The notes under the pieces were generated by a model that was not told where the DNA came from, ran no database searches, and was given only the letters and a program-made list of their open reading frames with translations. This document shows, piece after piece, positions 1 to 12,924 of a stretch of DNA of 64,000 nt. The position numbers were made by a program, and so were the translations under genes. Position 1 is the stretch's first letter, and every line of letters begins with the position of its first letter. This DNA is from Cetorhinus maximus (lineage: Eukaryota), in contig NC_135879.1 in assembly GCF_964194155.1 (NCBI RefSeq), positions 53,072,001 to 53,136,000 of the forward strand. The letters run 5' to 3'.

Positions 1-149
1 CTTACCCTCTGCTTTCTGTTAGCTAACCAATCCTTTACCCATGCAAATATGTAGCAGTCCAAGTCCAAATGCAGCAAGGCCTAGGCAATATTCAGGCTTG
101 GGATGACAAGTGGCAAGTAACATTTGCGCCACACAAGGGCCAGGCAATG

Positions 150-1040
150 ACTTTTTTTTCAAAGTAATTCTTTCCTGGTTCTTAAAATCCATCCAATCCT
201 CTGACCTATCACTAATCTCTGCAGATTTCTATAGTGTTTCTTTTAATTTGATACAACCCTTAAGCTCCTCATTTAGCCACAGATGATGCATCCTTCTCCT
301 AGAGTCTTTCTTTCTCATTGGGATAATCTTTGCTGAGGGTTATTAAATGTCTCCTTAAAAGCCTGTCACTGCACCTCTACTCTGTGACCGTTTAACCTAG
401 TTTCCCAGTTTACATTAGCCAGCTCTGCCCCCATATCCTTTTAGTTACATTTATTTAGGTTTAAAATTCTAGTCTTAGACCACACTTCTCATCTTCAAAC
501 TATACGTGAAATTCTATCACGCTACGATCATTATCATCTGGAGGTTCTATTACTAGAAGGTTCTTGATTAATCCTGTCTTGTTGCACATTACCAGAATAG
601 CTTGCCTCCCTGATTGGCTCTAGAAAATACTGCTCTAAGAAATTATGCCGAATTCACTGAAATGAACTAATTTTCCAGGAGCTTTGCCAACTGATTTGCC
701 CAATCTACATATAGATTAAAGTCACATGATTATTGCAGTGCCTTTCTTACACACCCCATTACTCTGTCCTACAGTGTTAAGTGCTACTATGTAAGCAATT
801 TATAGACCCCCTAAGTGACCTCTTACCTTTCCAATTCTTATCTCTACCCAAACAGATTCTACATTTTGCTCTTTCGAGCCAAGATCATCTCTCACTATTG
901 TATTAATAACATCTTAATCACTAAAACTATCCCACCAGCTTTTCCCAGCTTTGTCTTTCCAAAATATCAAATACCCTCAATAATCACATCCTAGCCTTGG
1001 CCACCTTGCTCTGTAATGGCTCTCAGATCATACATATTCA
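150..1040 (-). mobile_element. Decayed CR1 LINE fragment (endonuclease/linker part of ORF2)
   Basis: Reverse-complement similarity to the EN region of the young CR1 at 50750-51730 and to 55400-56350; many stops. Confidence 0.7.
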
Positions 1041-1041
1041 C

Positions 1042-2740
1042 AAACATAGAAAATAGGAGAAGTAAGCCATTCGGCCTCTTGAGCCTGCTCCGCTATTTCA
1101 ATAAGATCATGACTGATCATTTTTCGAATTCCACATTCCCATCTGCACTCGATAACCTTTGATTCCCTTGCCTAACAAGAATTCATCTACCTCTGCCTTA
1201 AAAATATTCAATGACCCCGCCTTCACCACCTTCTGAGGCAGAGAATTCCAAACTCACAACACCCTCAGGAAAAATTTCTCCTCCTCTCTCTCCTAATAGG
1301 GCAACCCCTAATTTTAAAACAGTGCCCCCTAGTTCTGGACTCACCCAAAGAGAAAACACCCTTTCCACATCCACCTCGTCAATACCATTCAGGATCTTAT
1401 ATACTTAATCAAGTCACTGCTCACTCTTCTAAACTCCAGTGGAAAAAAGCCTAGTCTGTCTAAACTTTCCTTACAAGATAACCCACTCATTCCAGGCATC
1501 AATCTAGTAAACCACCTCTAAACCATCTCCAACGCATTTATATCCCTTCTTAAACATGGAGACTTAAACTGTACACAGTGCTTGAAATGTGGTCTCACCA
1601 ATGCCCTGTATGACTGAAGCATAACATCCTTACTTTTACGTACGATTCCTCATGGAATAAAAGATAGCGTTCCATTAGCCTTCTTGCTTACGTGCTATAC
1701 CTGCATACTAACCTTTTGAGAGTCATGCACTAGAACACCTAGATCATTCAGTACCTCAATTCCGCAATCATTCTCCATTTAAGTAATACTCTTTTTTATT
1801 TTCCTGCCAAACTTCACATTTTGCCACATTATATTCCCATCTGCCAGACTTTTGCCCACTCACTCAACCTATCTATGTCAGTCTGCAACCTCGTGTCCAC
1901 TTCACAACATATTTTCCTACCTACCTTTGTGTCGTCTGAAAATTTCGCTACCAAGCCTTCGCTCCCCTTATCTAAGTCATTGATATAAATTGTAAAAAGC
2001 TAAGCGCCAGCACAGACCCCTGTGGGAATCCACTCATCACATCCTGCCAATCAGGAAAAAAACCATTTATGCATACTCTCTGTTTTCTGCCAGCCAATCT
2101 TTTATCCATGCTAATATGTCACCCCCTACATCATGAGCTTTTATTTTCTAGCTTTTACTTTTTATACCAACCTTTGATGTGGCACCTTATCAAATGCCTT
2201 CTGGAAATCCAAGTCTATGGGATCCCTCAATGCATGTTACTCCTTCAAAGAACTCCAATAAATAGGTTAAAATGATTTTCCTTTCACAAAACCATGCTGA
2301 CTCTTCCCGATTACCTTGAGTTTCTGTAAGTGCCCAGTTATAACCTCCTTAAATGCTCGATTCTAACACCTTCCCCACGACAGATGTCAAGCTAACTGGC
2401 CAGTTTCCTATTTTCTGCCTCCCTCCTTTCTTAAATAGAGAGGTTATATTTGCTACTTTCTAGTCTGATGGAACCTTCTCAGAATCTAGAAAATTTTGGT
2501 AAAATTAGCACAACGTATCTACTACCTCATTAGCCACCTCTTTTAAGACCCTAGGATGAAGTCCATCAGGACCCGGAGACTTGTCAGCCCGCAGCTCCAT
2601 CAGTTTGCTCAGTACCACTTCACTAGTAGTTGTAATTTCACCAAGTTCCCTTCTCTCTTCCACCTCTTGACTTACAGCTATTACTGGAATGTTGCTTTTG
2701 CATCTCTATATATTTATTTATGTCTGTGCAAACAATTCAT
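1042..2740 (-). mobile_element. CR1 LINE, 3' end plus RT region
   Basis: Begins with the reverse CR1 tail (aaacatagaaaataggag...gccattcggcc); aaaccatgctgactc and ccatcaggaccc correspond to the SQHGF and GPDG motifs on the minus strand. A more 5' piece lies at ~3960-4255. Confidence 0.85.
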
Positions 2741-2746
2741 CCATTT

Positions 2747-3913
2747 TGTTACGAATGCTGTTTAGATATAGAGCCTTTAACTCGGTCTTTTTCCATATTT
2801 GCAATCTGTGGCCTTATCTGCTGGTGCACTCGTAAATTTGTACTGTTACAGACAGGAGAGAGACAAACTGAACATTTTTATCCTCTCCCTGTCTGTAAAC
2901 AGGTGTTTTTGAATTATTTTTCAAGTAGGCCGTGGTGTGTTTCCCCATACCCTCAGTTTGTGTGGTCTAATTTTATAAGTACCATGCAGCAAACTCTCTA
3001 TGATTACCTCAGAAGGTTAGTTTACTTCACATTCAAACCCGGGTGTTGGGAGCAGGGTTGGGGGTTGTTCGCAACCTTACACGCACACAAACACATCTAT
3101 AGTAAGGGGGTGACATAAAAGAGGGAATTTTTACAACTATAGATAATAATAAAAGAACCACAGAAATGAATATTAGTTCACATGATTTCCAGAGTCCGAG
3201 AAGTCAAAGTTCAGAGGGTGTTTCTTTCGTGGCAGAGTTTAGTCCAGATGAGTCTAAATGAATGGCAATGCAGCGCACTGGGATTTATGTGCTTAGACCA
3301 CTTGGCAGGCGATGATCAGAGACTTATAAAATCAAACAGGCTTCGAAGAGTGAGAGATGATGGCAGGCTACTTGGGTCAGCTGAGAGATCTGCTGGAGTT
3401 CTTTCTGGGTGATATTAATTTAGCAGACTGAGCTGCGAGGCTAAGAAAATTATTAAAATGGTCTAAGAGGGTCATGCAATGTGGCCCAATAATGGGTTAA
3501 TTGTGGGCTCGCAAGCAGTTCCTGTGCCTCTGACCAAAATCCATCATTTCTCTTAGGAGCGAAATGGTGGCTGTTAACACCTCTTCAGGTATAATGAATT
3601 CCGATGCCTCTGTCTTTACTATCGTCCTGGCTGGGGGTGTGATGGGGTTCATCTATTGTCGTCTAGTTTCGTGATTATAGCATGGTCTTACAATGGGGTA
3701 TGGATTCCACTGGGGTGTGGATTCCACAAGGATGAAAGTGGAATTTGTTTTTGTAATCTCGGTTTGAAACTTCCAGAATAGATGGCCAATCTTGAGAGTC
3801 ATGTGACCAGTTGCAGCCATCTTGTGGTTTAGCAAAAAGTCCACTTTAAAATAGCAAAAAAAAAGCTTTGATATGCACAATTTTGATTTCTTTTCATGTC
3901 TTATTGGCATGAC
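2747..3913. mobile_element. Possible solo LTR inserted in CR1
   Basis: Non-CR1 block between two CR1 pieces, bounded by TGTTACGA...CATGACA (TG...CA). No clear target-site duplication (TSD). Confidence 0.3.
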
Positions 3914-5114
3914 AGTGTGCTCTGTTTCTGCCACAACTGGTTATCATTACCCAAATTGCTGACCTGCTTTATTATCTCTGTTCCCCTTTGATTTACTAAC
4001 CTCCTCTCACATAATCCGTTTCCCCCCTCACTGTTTAGTTTGAATCCCTAACTACTGCCATATTTATGCGATTCGCCAGAACACTGGTTCGAGCAAGATT
4101 CAGGTGAAGACCGTCCCAACAGTACAGCTCACACTTTCCCCACTATTGGTGCGAGTGCCCCATGAATCAAACCCATTTCTCCCACGTCAATCTATGAGCC
4201 ATGCATGCTTCTCTTGCTCCTATTTACCCAATGCCAATTTGTTCATGGCTTGGGTAGATGGAGGCAGTGCTGGGTCTCAGTGCTCATTCTCATAGGCCAT
4301 GCCCTCAGAACCATGGCAAGAAAAAGAACACATGCACGTACGGCATGAGGATTTGGAGCTAATCAGAGGGCCGTCCGGCAAGGGTTTCAGCTTCTCAACT
4401 GGTACTGCTGCCTCAGAAAAAGAGGATCATCTCACACCCCAACTGTTCATGGGGTCTTGACTCACTGTTTGGGAGCCCCTGGCTTAGGCAGTCACTTCAT
4501 CATTATACTGTACTGGGGAGACTTGGTAAGGAGAATGGTGGGGAAGACACATGCAGGCCGAAGGTGCTGTACTGTGTGTCAACAACCATTCTTGAATATG
4601 CCATTCACACTGATGCATCAAAAAAAAATCTGTAACTTGCAGATTATCCAAACAATTGTTCCGTTTGTTTCTAGAAAAAAGTCATAAGGCATAAGTCACA
4701 AAATACAAATCTGTTAGTATCACCAGCTTACTTGCTTCCGTCTGAATGAGTATTGCCAATATGAAGACATTAAAAGTTAGTTACTTGATGTGTAAATATA
4801 GATTGTATGCATCCACTCACAAGTAACATTAAATAGAAATATTCATCTGTTTAAACCTCAACACTGCATCAAATTTTTTAAAAAAGTGTTCACACAAAGT
4901 ATTTCATAAGTGCATGGCTGACACCTCCAGTAATTTCCATGTCACCTATTTTGAAGGTACGAACACATTAACAGAAATGCAATAACCAGTTTTTAAGAGA
5001 TCTTTTTAAATTAGCAGCAACTCTTGTTTTTTGAAACACATCATAAGATACATGAAGGTTTCAATTTGTAGTTCAAAGACCGGTGGTGTGGAGGCCACCT
5101 TTTCCCTTATTTAC

Positions 5115-5362
5115 ACCATCACCTGCAAGCTCCCCTCCAAACCACACACTATCTTGACTTGAAGTATATCGCTGTTCCTTCACTGTTACTGTCAAACTCC
5201 TAGAACTCCCTCCCTAACAGCACTGTGATGTTCCGATACCATATGGACGACAGGGGTTCAAGGAGACAGCTCATCATCACTTTCTCAAGGGCAAATAGGA
5301 ACGGACAATAAAAACGCTGGCCTAGCCAGAGACTTCCACATCCCGTGAATGAATAAAAAAAG
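5115..5362 (+). mobile_element. 3' end of second LINE family (family B, CR1/L2 group)
   Basis: Tail ...ctcaagggcaaatagg...gctggcctagccag...catcccgtgaatgaataaaaaaa, shared with 8740, 16630 and the minus-strand copies. Confidence 0.8.
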
Positions 5363-5564
5363 CCCACAAAAGTGCTGGCACTATTCATAAAAATTTTGTT
5401 GACAAATCAAACAGCACAAGAGTACCCATTATTTCCAGGCCACATGATGCACCAGGATTTTAAAAGGAAATATTTGGGCGTAACTTTTGGACCATGAGAG
5501 TCGCAGCAATTTTAAGCGGTTTTTTTCAGAAAAACACATGCAGATTAAGGCCCAGCAAATACTG

Positions 5565-6550
5565 AGATTAAAAACAAAAAGCTAAAAGCCACTGCGGATG
5601 CTGGAAATCCAAAACAAAAACAGAATTACCTGGAAAAACTCAGCCCTGCTCCTCAACCCCCACCTATGGCACCTCCCCATGCCCACGCAGAAGATGCAAC
5701 ACCTGCCCCTTCACTTCCTCTCTCCTCACCATCCAAGGGCCCAAACACTCCTTTCAAGTGAAGCAGCATTTCACTTGCATTTCCCCTAACTTAGTCTACT
5801 GCATTCGTTGCTCCCAATGCGGTCTCCTCTACATTGGAGAGACCAAACGCAAACTGGGCGACCGCTTTGCGGAACACCTGTCTGCAAGAAAGACCCAAAC
5901 CTCCCTGTCGCTTGCCATTTTAACACTCCACCCTGTTCTCTTGCCCACATGTCTGTCCTTGGCTTGCTGCATTGTTCCAGTGAAGCCCAACGCAAACTGG
6001 AGGAACAGCACCTCATCTTCCGACTAGGCACTTTACAGCCTTCCGGGCTGAATATTGAATTCAACAACTTTAGATCTTAAACTCCCCCTCCCCCCATCCC
6101 CACCCCGTTTCTTCCCCCTCTCTTTTTTTTTTCAATAATTCATATAGATTCTTCTTTTCCCACCTATTTCCATTATTTTTAAATCTAAAACTAAACTTTG
6201 TTAGTCTTTCCACCCCACCCCCACTAGAGCTGTACCTTGAGTATTCTGCCTTCCATTCTTAATTAGCACTTTTCTTAGATAATATCACCACCTTCAACAC
6301 CTCTTTGATCCTTTTGTCTGTGACATCTTTTGATTATCTGCTCCTATCACTGCTTGCTTATCCCCACAATCACCCCACTCTCAACTTCTCTCTCCCCCCA
6401 CCCCCCCACCTTAGACCAGCTTATATTTCACCTCTCTCCTAACTATACTCAGTTCTGCCGAAGGGTCATGAGGACTTGAAACGTTAACTGATTTCTTCTC
6501 CGCCGATGCTGCCAGACCTGCTGAGTTTTTCCAGGTAATTCTGTTTTTGT
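5565..6550 (+). mobile_element. 5'-truncated Penelope-like element (PLE family 1) with GIY-YIG endonuclease remnant, inverted pseudo-LTR piece and 13-bp TSD
   Basis: ORFs 5758-6080 give LVYCIRCSQCGLLYIGETKRKLGDRFAEHL and RKLEEQHLIFRLGTLQPSGLNIEF (GIY-YIG). 5614-5644 is the reverse complement of 6520-6550. TSD ccagcaaatactg at 5552-5564 and 6551-6563. Confidence 0.92.
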
Positions 6551-6649
6551 CCAGCAAATACTGTACTTCATGTGCAATAAATTCTAAGTAAAGTGACTAT
6601 GGTGTAGGAAAAAGCAATTGGCATTTACACACAAACTGCAAAGGTTAAT

Positions 6650-6800
6650 GACTGGTTTTTCCTCTTTTCAGGTACTTTGTGAAGTAGGAATGTTTGCCAG
6701 GAGAAGGAAAGAGATTCCTGCTCCTCACTGAATAGTGCCATGACTATTTGATCTTCACTGAAACCCTAGAATGGAGACACTTGGACTGATTTCTCATCTC
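6650..6800 (-). mobile_element. Highly decayed Deu-domain SINE fragment
   Basis: cctgctcctcactgaatagtgccatga is the reverse of the Deu core seen at 61520-61570. Confidence 0.4.
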
Positions 6801-7049
6801 ACAATAACCCCACGAAAGAACTAATGATCCATCCTATATCAAAGCATAAAGAAAAAATTAATATTGTGTCTTCTTATAGCAATTTTGTAGAGGTTCATTA
6901 CTGACTGCAACAGATTGAAAATGGTTTGTGTTACTGCTTGCCAAAAAGTTGTCTACTTTGGGACTCGGTGTCCTTTGCCACATGGCTATGCAAAGTGTTT
7001 ACCTTTTGAAAGTGCAACACATTTGAAATGACAATGGCAAACTGTAGAC

Positions 7050-8742
7050 AATGCAAAGTCCTCCTTACTAACATCTGGGAGGCTTGTACCAAAATTGAGA
7101 GAGCTATCCCACAGACTAGGCAAGCAACAGCCTGGCATGTGCTACTGAGCCAATCTTAGTGGTGGACAATGAAGTCCCCCACCCAGGCACCACCATCACC
7201 ATCACAGTGCATGTTCTGGCCCACCAGCAGGCAGACCCACTAGAGGCGGTGGCACAGAGGTAAACAAACAGTCAGGAGGAGTTGCCATGGCAGTCCTCAA
7301 CATTGACTCTGGACTGTATGAAGCCTTATCACATCAGGTCAAACATGGGCAAAGAAACCTCCTGCTGGTCAACATCTACTGTACCTCCACTCCATCACTT
7401 CAGCTGATGAATCAGTGCTCCTCCATGTTGAAAATCAATTCAAGGAAGTACTGAGGGAGGCAGGGGCACAGAATGTACTCTGGCTGGGTGACCAAGCTGG
7501 CCAAGCCCGAAAGGACATAGCTGCCAGACTGGGTCTGCAGCAGGTGGTGAGGTTCTGCCAGGGTGACCCAGCTCCTCACCTCAGTACATCCTTGGTCCAA
7601 ACATGGACAAAAGAACTGAACTCAATAGGAGAGATGAGAATGACTGCCTTTGACATCAAGCCAGCATTTGGCATCAAGGTGGGACATCAAGGAGCCATAG
7701 CAAAACTGGAGTCAATGGGAATCAGGGGAAAAACTCACCACCGGTTAGAGTCACACAAAGGAAGATGGTTATGGTTGTTTGATGTCAATCATCTTAGTTC
7801 CAGGACATCACTGCACAAGTTCCTCAGAGTAGTGTTCCTGGGCCATCTTCACCGGCTTAATCAATGACTTTTCCTCCATGATAAGGTCAGAAGTCAGGAT
7901 GTTCGCTGATGATTGCACAACGTTCAGCACCATTTGTGACTCCTCAGGTACTGAAGCAATCCATGTCCAACATTCAGACTTGGGCTAATAAGTGGCAAGT
8001 AGCATTTCTGCCTCAAGTGCCAGGCAATGGGCATCTCCAACAAGAGAGAACTGAGGTATTACCATTACTGAACTCCCCATTATCAACATCCTGGAGGCTA
8101 CCATTGACCAGAAATTGAACTGGACTAGCCACTTACTATTGCTATAAGAGGTCAGAGGCTGGGAATCCTGCAGCAAGTAACTCAGCTCCTGACTCCCCAA
8201 AGTCTGTCTACCATCTACAAAGCACAAGTCAGGAGTATGATGGGGTACTTTCTATTTGCCTGGATGAGTGCAGCTCCAATAACACTCAAGAAGCTCAACA
8301 CCATTGAGGACAAAGCAGCCACTTGATTGACATCCCATCCACCAGAATAAATATTCACTCCCTCCATCACCGGCACACAGTGGCAGCAGTGTACCATCCA
8401 CAAGAAGCACTGCAGTAACTCACCAAAGCTCCTTCAACAACACCTTCCAAACACAACTTCTATTACCTAGAAGGACAAGGGCAGATGTACGTGAATACCA
8501 CCACCTACAAGTCCCCCTCCAAGCCCACACCATCCTGACTTGGAACTATATCACTGTCCCTGCACTGTCAATGGGTGAAAGTCCTAGAACTCCCTAACAG
8601 CACCGTGGGTGAACCTACAACATATGGACTACAGCAGTTCAAGGCAGCAGCTCACCACCACCTTCTCAAGGGCAATTTTGGATTGGCAATAAATGCTGGT
8701 CTAGTCAGCAATGCCCACATCCCGTGAACGAATAAATTTTTA
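7050..8742 (+). mobile_element. LINE family B (APE endonuclease + RT), internally deleted
   Basis: AFDIKPAF, KLESMGIRGK, MFADDCT (atgttcgctgatgattgcaca ~7899) and YKAQVRS motifs; ends in the family B tail plus A-rich end. Confidence 0.85.
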
Positions 8743-9121
8743 AAAATTCTCTCGTGTCTCTCAATTGCGTTAGGGAAATACAAATGAACTGCATACTAGG
8801 TGGAATTTTTTTTTTGTCAGACTGTCTGCAGATGATCCCAGAGTCACATTAGCCACTGGGTACCACTCGAGGCACCATGCTCAACAGATTAGCCCACTAG
8901 CTCCTTAGGAAATCTTATGTCTCACTGAGACTTTAAATGGATCATAAAAGCTGAACAAGGTAGAGACATTCAATTGATGCATTGGTAAATGGCTTCTTTG
9001 ATGTACATATCCATGATGTTTGTTTTGATAGTTCCATAACCAAGACCCCCAGATATTTCTTAAGGTTTTGATTAATTGTGAATGACGCATTTTAAAGTTC
9101 AACAAGCTGGGTCAAAGGTAA

Positions 9122-10125
9122 TCTTCTACTTCTCCTTAGGGAGTCCCTCAGGACAGAGGATGAGGATGACTTTCTTCCACTCCGGAGTTGTGGGTCCGGG
9201 GGTCACTAAAAGGTTCGATGCTGGATCCGCACACTGCCACAGGTGGGGCAGGTAGTGTTTGATGAGGCAAGGGGGCAGGGGGTGCTTGGATTTTACTCCG
9301 CTCCTTCCGTTGTTTGCCCTTGGCCTCCACCTGGGCCTGTCGGAGACGTCAGAAATGGCTGGCACCTTCACGGATTCTTCTTCTCCAGTTTGGGTGGTCT
9401 TGACCAAGAGAGTACCATAAATCGGTGGAGATGCTGCATTTTTTCAGGGAGGCTTTGAGGAGGGCCCCTCCTGGTAACCGGTTGCCATGACAATGTTTGG
9501 AGCACAGAGCTTACTTTGGGAGTCTTGTGTAAGGCATGCAGACGATGTGGCCCACCCAACATAGCTGATTAACCATAGCCAGTGCCTCCACACTGGGGAT
9601 ATTGGCTTGAGAGGGGACACCTCTCCTAACCTGCCATTGAGTTTACAGGATTTTGCGGAGGCATCGCTGGTGATATTTCTCCAGGGATTTAAGGTAGCTG
9701 CTACACATTGTCCATGTCTCTGATACATACATGAGGACAGGTAGCACTGTAGCCCTGTAGACCATGGAATTTGGTGCAGCGTTTGAAGTCTTTGTCATCA
9801 AACACACTTTTCCTCAGACAGCTGAAGGCTGCACTGGCACACTGGTGATGATGTCGAGTTTCATCATCCATGTCTGTCCTCTTACAGGAGGCTCCCAAGG
9901 TGTGAGAAATTATCAATGTTGTCCAACAGTTTGCCATGGATCTCAATAGTCGGGGTAGGGGTTGAGCAGTGTGACACAGCGGGAGCAGGCTGGTAGAGGA
10001 CCTTTGTCTTCCAGATGTTTAGCTTAAGGCCCATTCTTTCATTAGCCTGGGTGAACACGTCGATGACGGTCTGGAGCTCGGCATCTGAATGTGCACATGT
10101 GCAAGCATCACCAGTGTACCGCAGT
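9122..10125 (-). mobile_element. RTE-clade LINE 3' fragment
   Basis: Minus-strand ASAAFSCLRKSVFDDKDF and LNIWKTKVL-like motifs typical of the RTE/BovB ORF C-terminus; ends in a gaagtagaaga-type tail near 9123. Confidence 0.8.
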
Positions 10126-10185
10126 TTTGACGAGAGGTCGTTCCAGAGTGTTGACTCAAGTACTGCAGTTTCTTACTTCAATGTA

Positions 10186-10199
10186 CCACCAGATGGCAG
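10186..10199 (+). promoter_or_regulatory. Candidate CTCF binding site
   Basis: CCACCAGATGGCAG fits the CTCF core CCASYAGRKGGCRS exactly; lies in non-repeat-looking sequence. Confidence 0.4.
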
Positions 10200-11399
10200 G
10201 GATTTAAAGGGGACTTACATGAAATTCATTTCTCATATTAACCAGGAATTTGTCACGAAAGCTTCAAGGTTATTGAAGAGATTGTTAGACTTATGGTTTT
10301 GGAAAAATACATGTAAAATTAAGTGCAGTGTTTTAACATTTTTTACCTGGCAAGTGAATCTTGCTCATGTTCTTGCTAAATAAAAGAAATTAGTGATTTT
10401 TAGCCTGAATGACACATACTGCAACAATAAGTCTGAAATTGGTCATTTAATTTCTAGTACATGTCCCAATAATATCTCATAGTTAGTATGTAAGATTTGA
10501 GTTTCAGTTCACAGGGGCATCTGGGTTTGCTGTTGGAGGTTACCTTAAGCACCGAGATTAAATATACCTGGAGAAGTAGCCCAAATTGTCTCAAGCACAT
10601 TCAACAATGTCAATGAGATGTCAGGCAACGTTAAAGTTTTCTCCAAATGTGGGCCTGAATCCACAAATTACTCACTCAACTGAGCCAAGCTGACTATTTG
10701 TAAATGTTTTAAACATCCTTCCAAATTCTCTTCTCTGCTCAGCACCAGAGATGGGCATGCTTAATTTGAGATGCTGGAGTTTCTATAAAACAGGGAGCAT
10801 TAGAAGGGTAATGATGGATTTTTAATACTGTAATATGAAATGAGATAAACACTAGATATTCGAAGGTTAACCTTTTTATTTACCCTGAAAGCAAATTGTA
10901 TTACCAATGTAGTGTTGTAAAGAGTAAATATAATCAGCAACATCCAGACACCAATGTTATTTTTTTTAGGTGACCCTTGTTAACTTGCAGTTACCTTTCG
11001 CTCAAACAGAATTCAAATTATCCACTACTACAAAATAAGCCAGTTTAATAGAACAGCACAAGAGACTTTTGTCACTCAAGGTCAATTTTAATGAACAGCT
11101 ACTTTGAATAATTTCAAATTAAGACTAGACTGTTTTCATAGTGCTATCATCTACTTAATGTTATATCTGCAGGGCTCATTAGGAAATATAGTGTGACAAT
11201 TAATGTGGACAAGACTGCAAGAACACAAAAGCAAAAAAAACTGATCTAATTATCAGCGATCAAACTTGGTTAAGCACAGAAACACTATACAAATAAGGCT
11301 GCATAACCAGACTGTGTATTTGGTTAACATCCATAATAATTAAACAAAAATAGTGTTAGGAGAACAAATATTGCACTTTTGATTACAGTAAAAGAAAAA

Positions 11400-12378
11400 C
11401 CAAAGGTTTAACAAAGTGAAGTTGAAAAGATTACCTTATTAAAATGCACCAATTCTGGATGCCACACTTTAAGCAGGATGGGAAGGCAATAGAGAGGTAG
11501 CAGAAAAGATTTACGAGAACGGTTCCAGCGATGAGAGACTTCAGTTACGTGAACAGATTGCCAAAGTGGGCTGTTCTTGTTAGAGAAGTGAAGGTTGACA
11601 GGGGATTTGATAAAGATGTTCAAAATCACAGTGGATCTGGACAAAGTCATTAGAGAGAAACTATTCTCATGACGGAAAGGTCAAAAATACAGACTTAAGG
11701 TGACTAGCATAAGAACCAGAGGTGACATGAGGAAAACTATTTTTACACAAGTGGTTATAGTGCAGAAACTTGGGCAACAACAAGAGGATAGGACAGTGAC
11801 TGGATATTAATGAGATGCAGATGCTGAGATGGATGTATGGAGTAATGAGAAAGGACAATATCATGAACCAGCGCATCAGGGGGTCAGTGAAGATTGTGGG
11901 AAAATCAAAGAAAGTAGCCAAGAAGAGATTGAAATTGTATTTTCCTCTTATGCAGAGAGAGGAAATATGGTGAGGTGAGTGATGGAGATAGGACTGCCAG
12001 GAAGGAGAAGAAGAAAGATTAAGACTAGATGGAAAGATGTGGTGGTGAGAGACTTGAACACAGCAAGATTGAAGAGGAATTAATCACAGACATGAGGAGC
12101 TGGAGAATGGTCATCGACCACATTGTGGTGACCCTAAGTAAAATGGGAAAAGCCGAAATGAAGAGGAAGAGTGGTTAGGATCTGGAATGGATTGCCCAAG
12201 TGTGGTGGTGGCAGATTCACTCAAGGCTTTCAAAAAGAAATTGATTAATTATCTGAAGAGAAACAGCTACTGGGAAAAGGTGGAGGAGTGGGGCTAGCTG
12301 ACTTGCTTTTGCAGGGTCAGTCCAGACATGGCAGGCTGAATGGTTGCCTTCTGAGCTGTAATCATTCTATGTTTCTAA
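11400..12378 (+). mobile_element. CR1 3' end interrupted by an RTE insertion
   Basis: CR1 C-terminal codons (ttctggatgccacacttt...ggggatttgataaagatgttc) and tail taatcattctatgtttcta at ~12360-12378. Confidence 0.75.
11758..12169 (+). mobile_element. RTE-clade LINE 3' fragment with 8-bp TSD
   Basis: Encodes EMQMLRWMYGVMRKDNIMNQRIRG, typical of the RTE C-terminus; gaagaggaaga tail; TSD agtggtta at 11750-11757 and 12170-12177. Confidence 0.8.
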
Positions 12379-12924
12379 ACCTCCAGACTCTCAATTCAAG
12401 AGTCTTGACACAAAATAATCGAGGCCAACAGCCATTTGTTTGCAAAGCAATGCAGGGGTCACACAGCCCACATTCTTCTACAATCACTTCAAACAGGACC
12501 AAGTGTGTTTGAGGGAGCTTTAGGTTTGGAGAAAGAAATCAGTGTTGAAAATGGCCATTTAAATGCTAATTTCCTATACTGTTAGTTCTTTGAAAGTTGG
12601 CAGAGTCTGAGATACAGTAGCAATATTTGGCATGGAATCATTCCACGTCAAGAACTGCAACACAGTAGTAGCAGCAGGAAAGTAGTACTGGTGGGAGAAG
12701 GGAGTACAGCACAGCAGATGCATTAGGGAATAAAGACATTGAAAGGCCAAAAGTAGAGGGTAATAAATACAGCAGGAAGATGGGGAAACTGTTTACATCA
12801 GGGTACAGGGAATGAATACTAAAAAGGAAGAGCAGCAAAGTGGGGAGAGGGTAGTGGAGCAGAGTGCAAGAGGATGGCAGGGGAGTGAGACATGATATTA
12901 GTGATGCAGGGATGGGAGAAGGGT

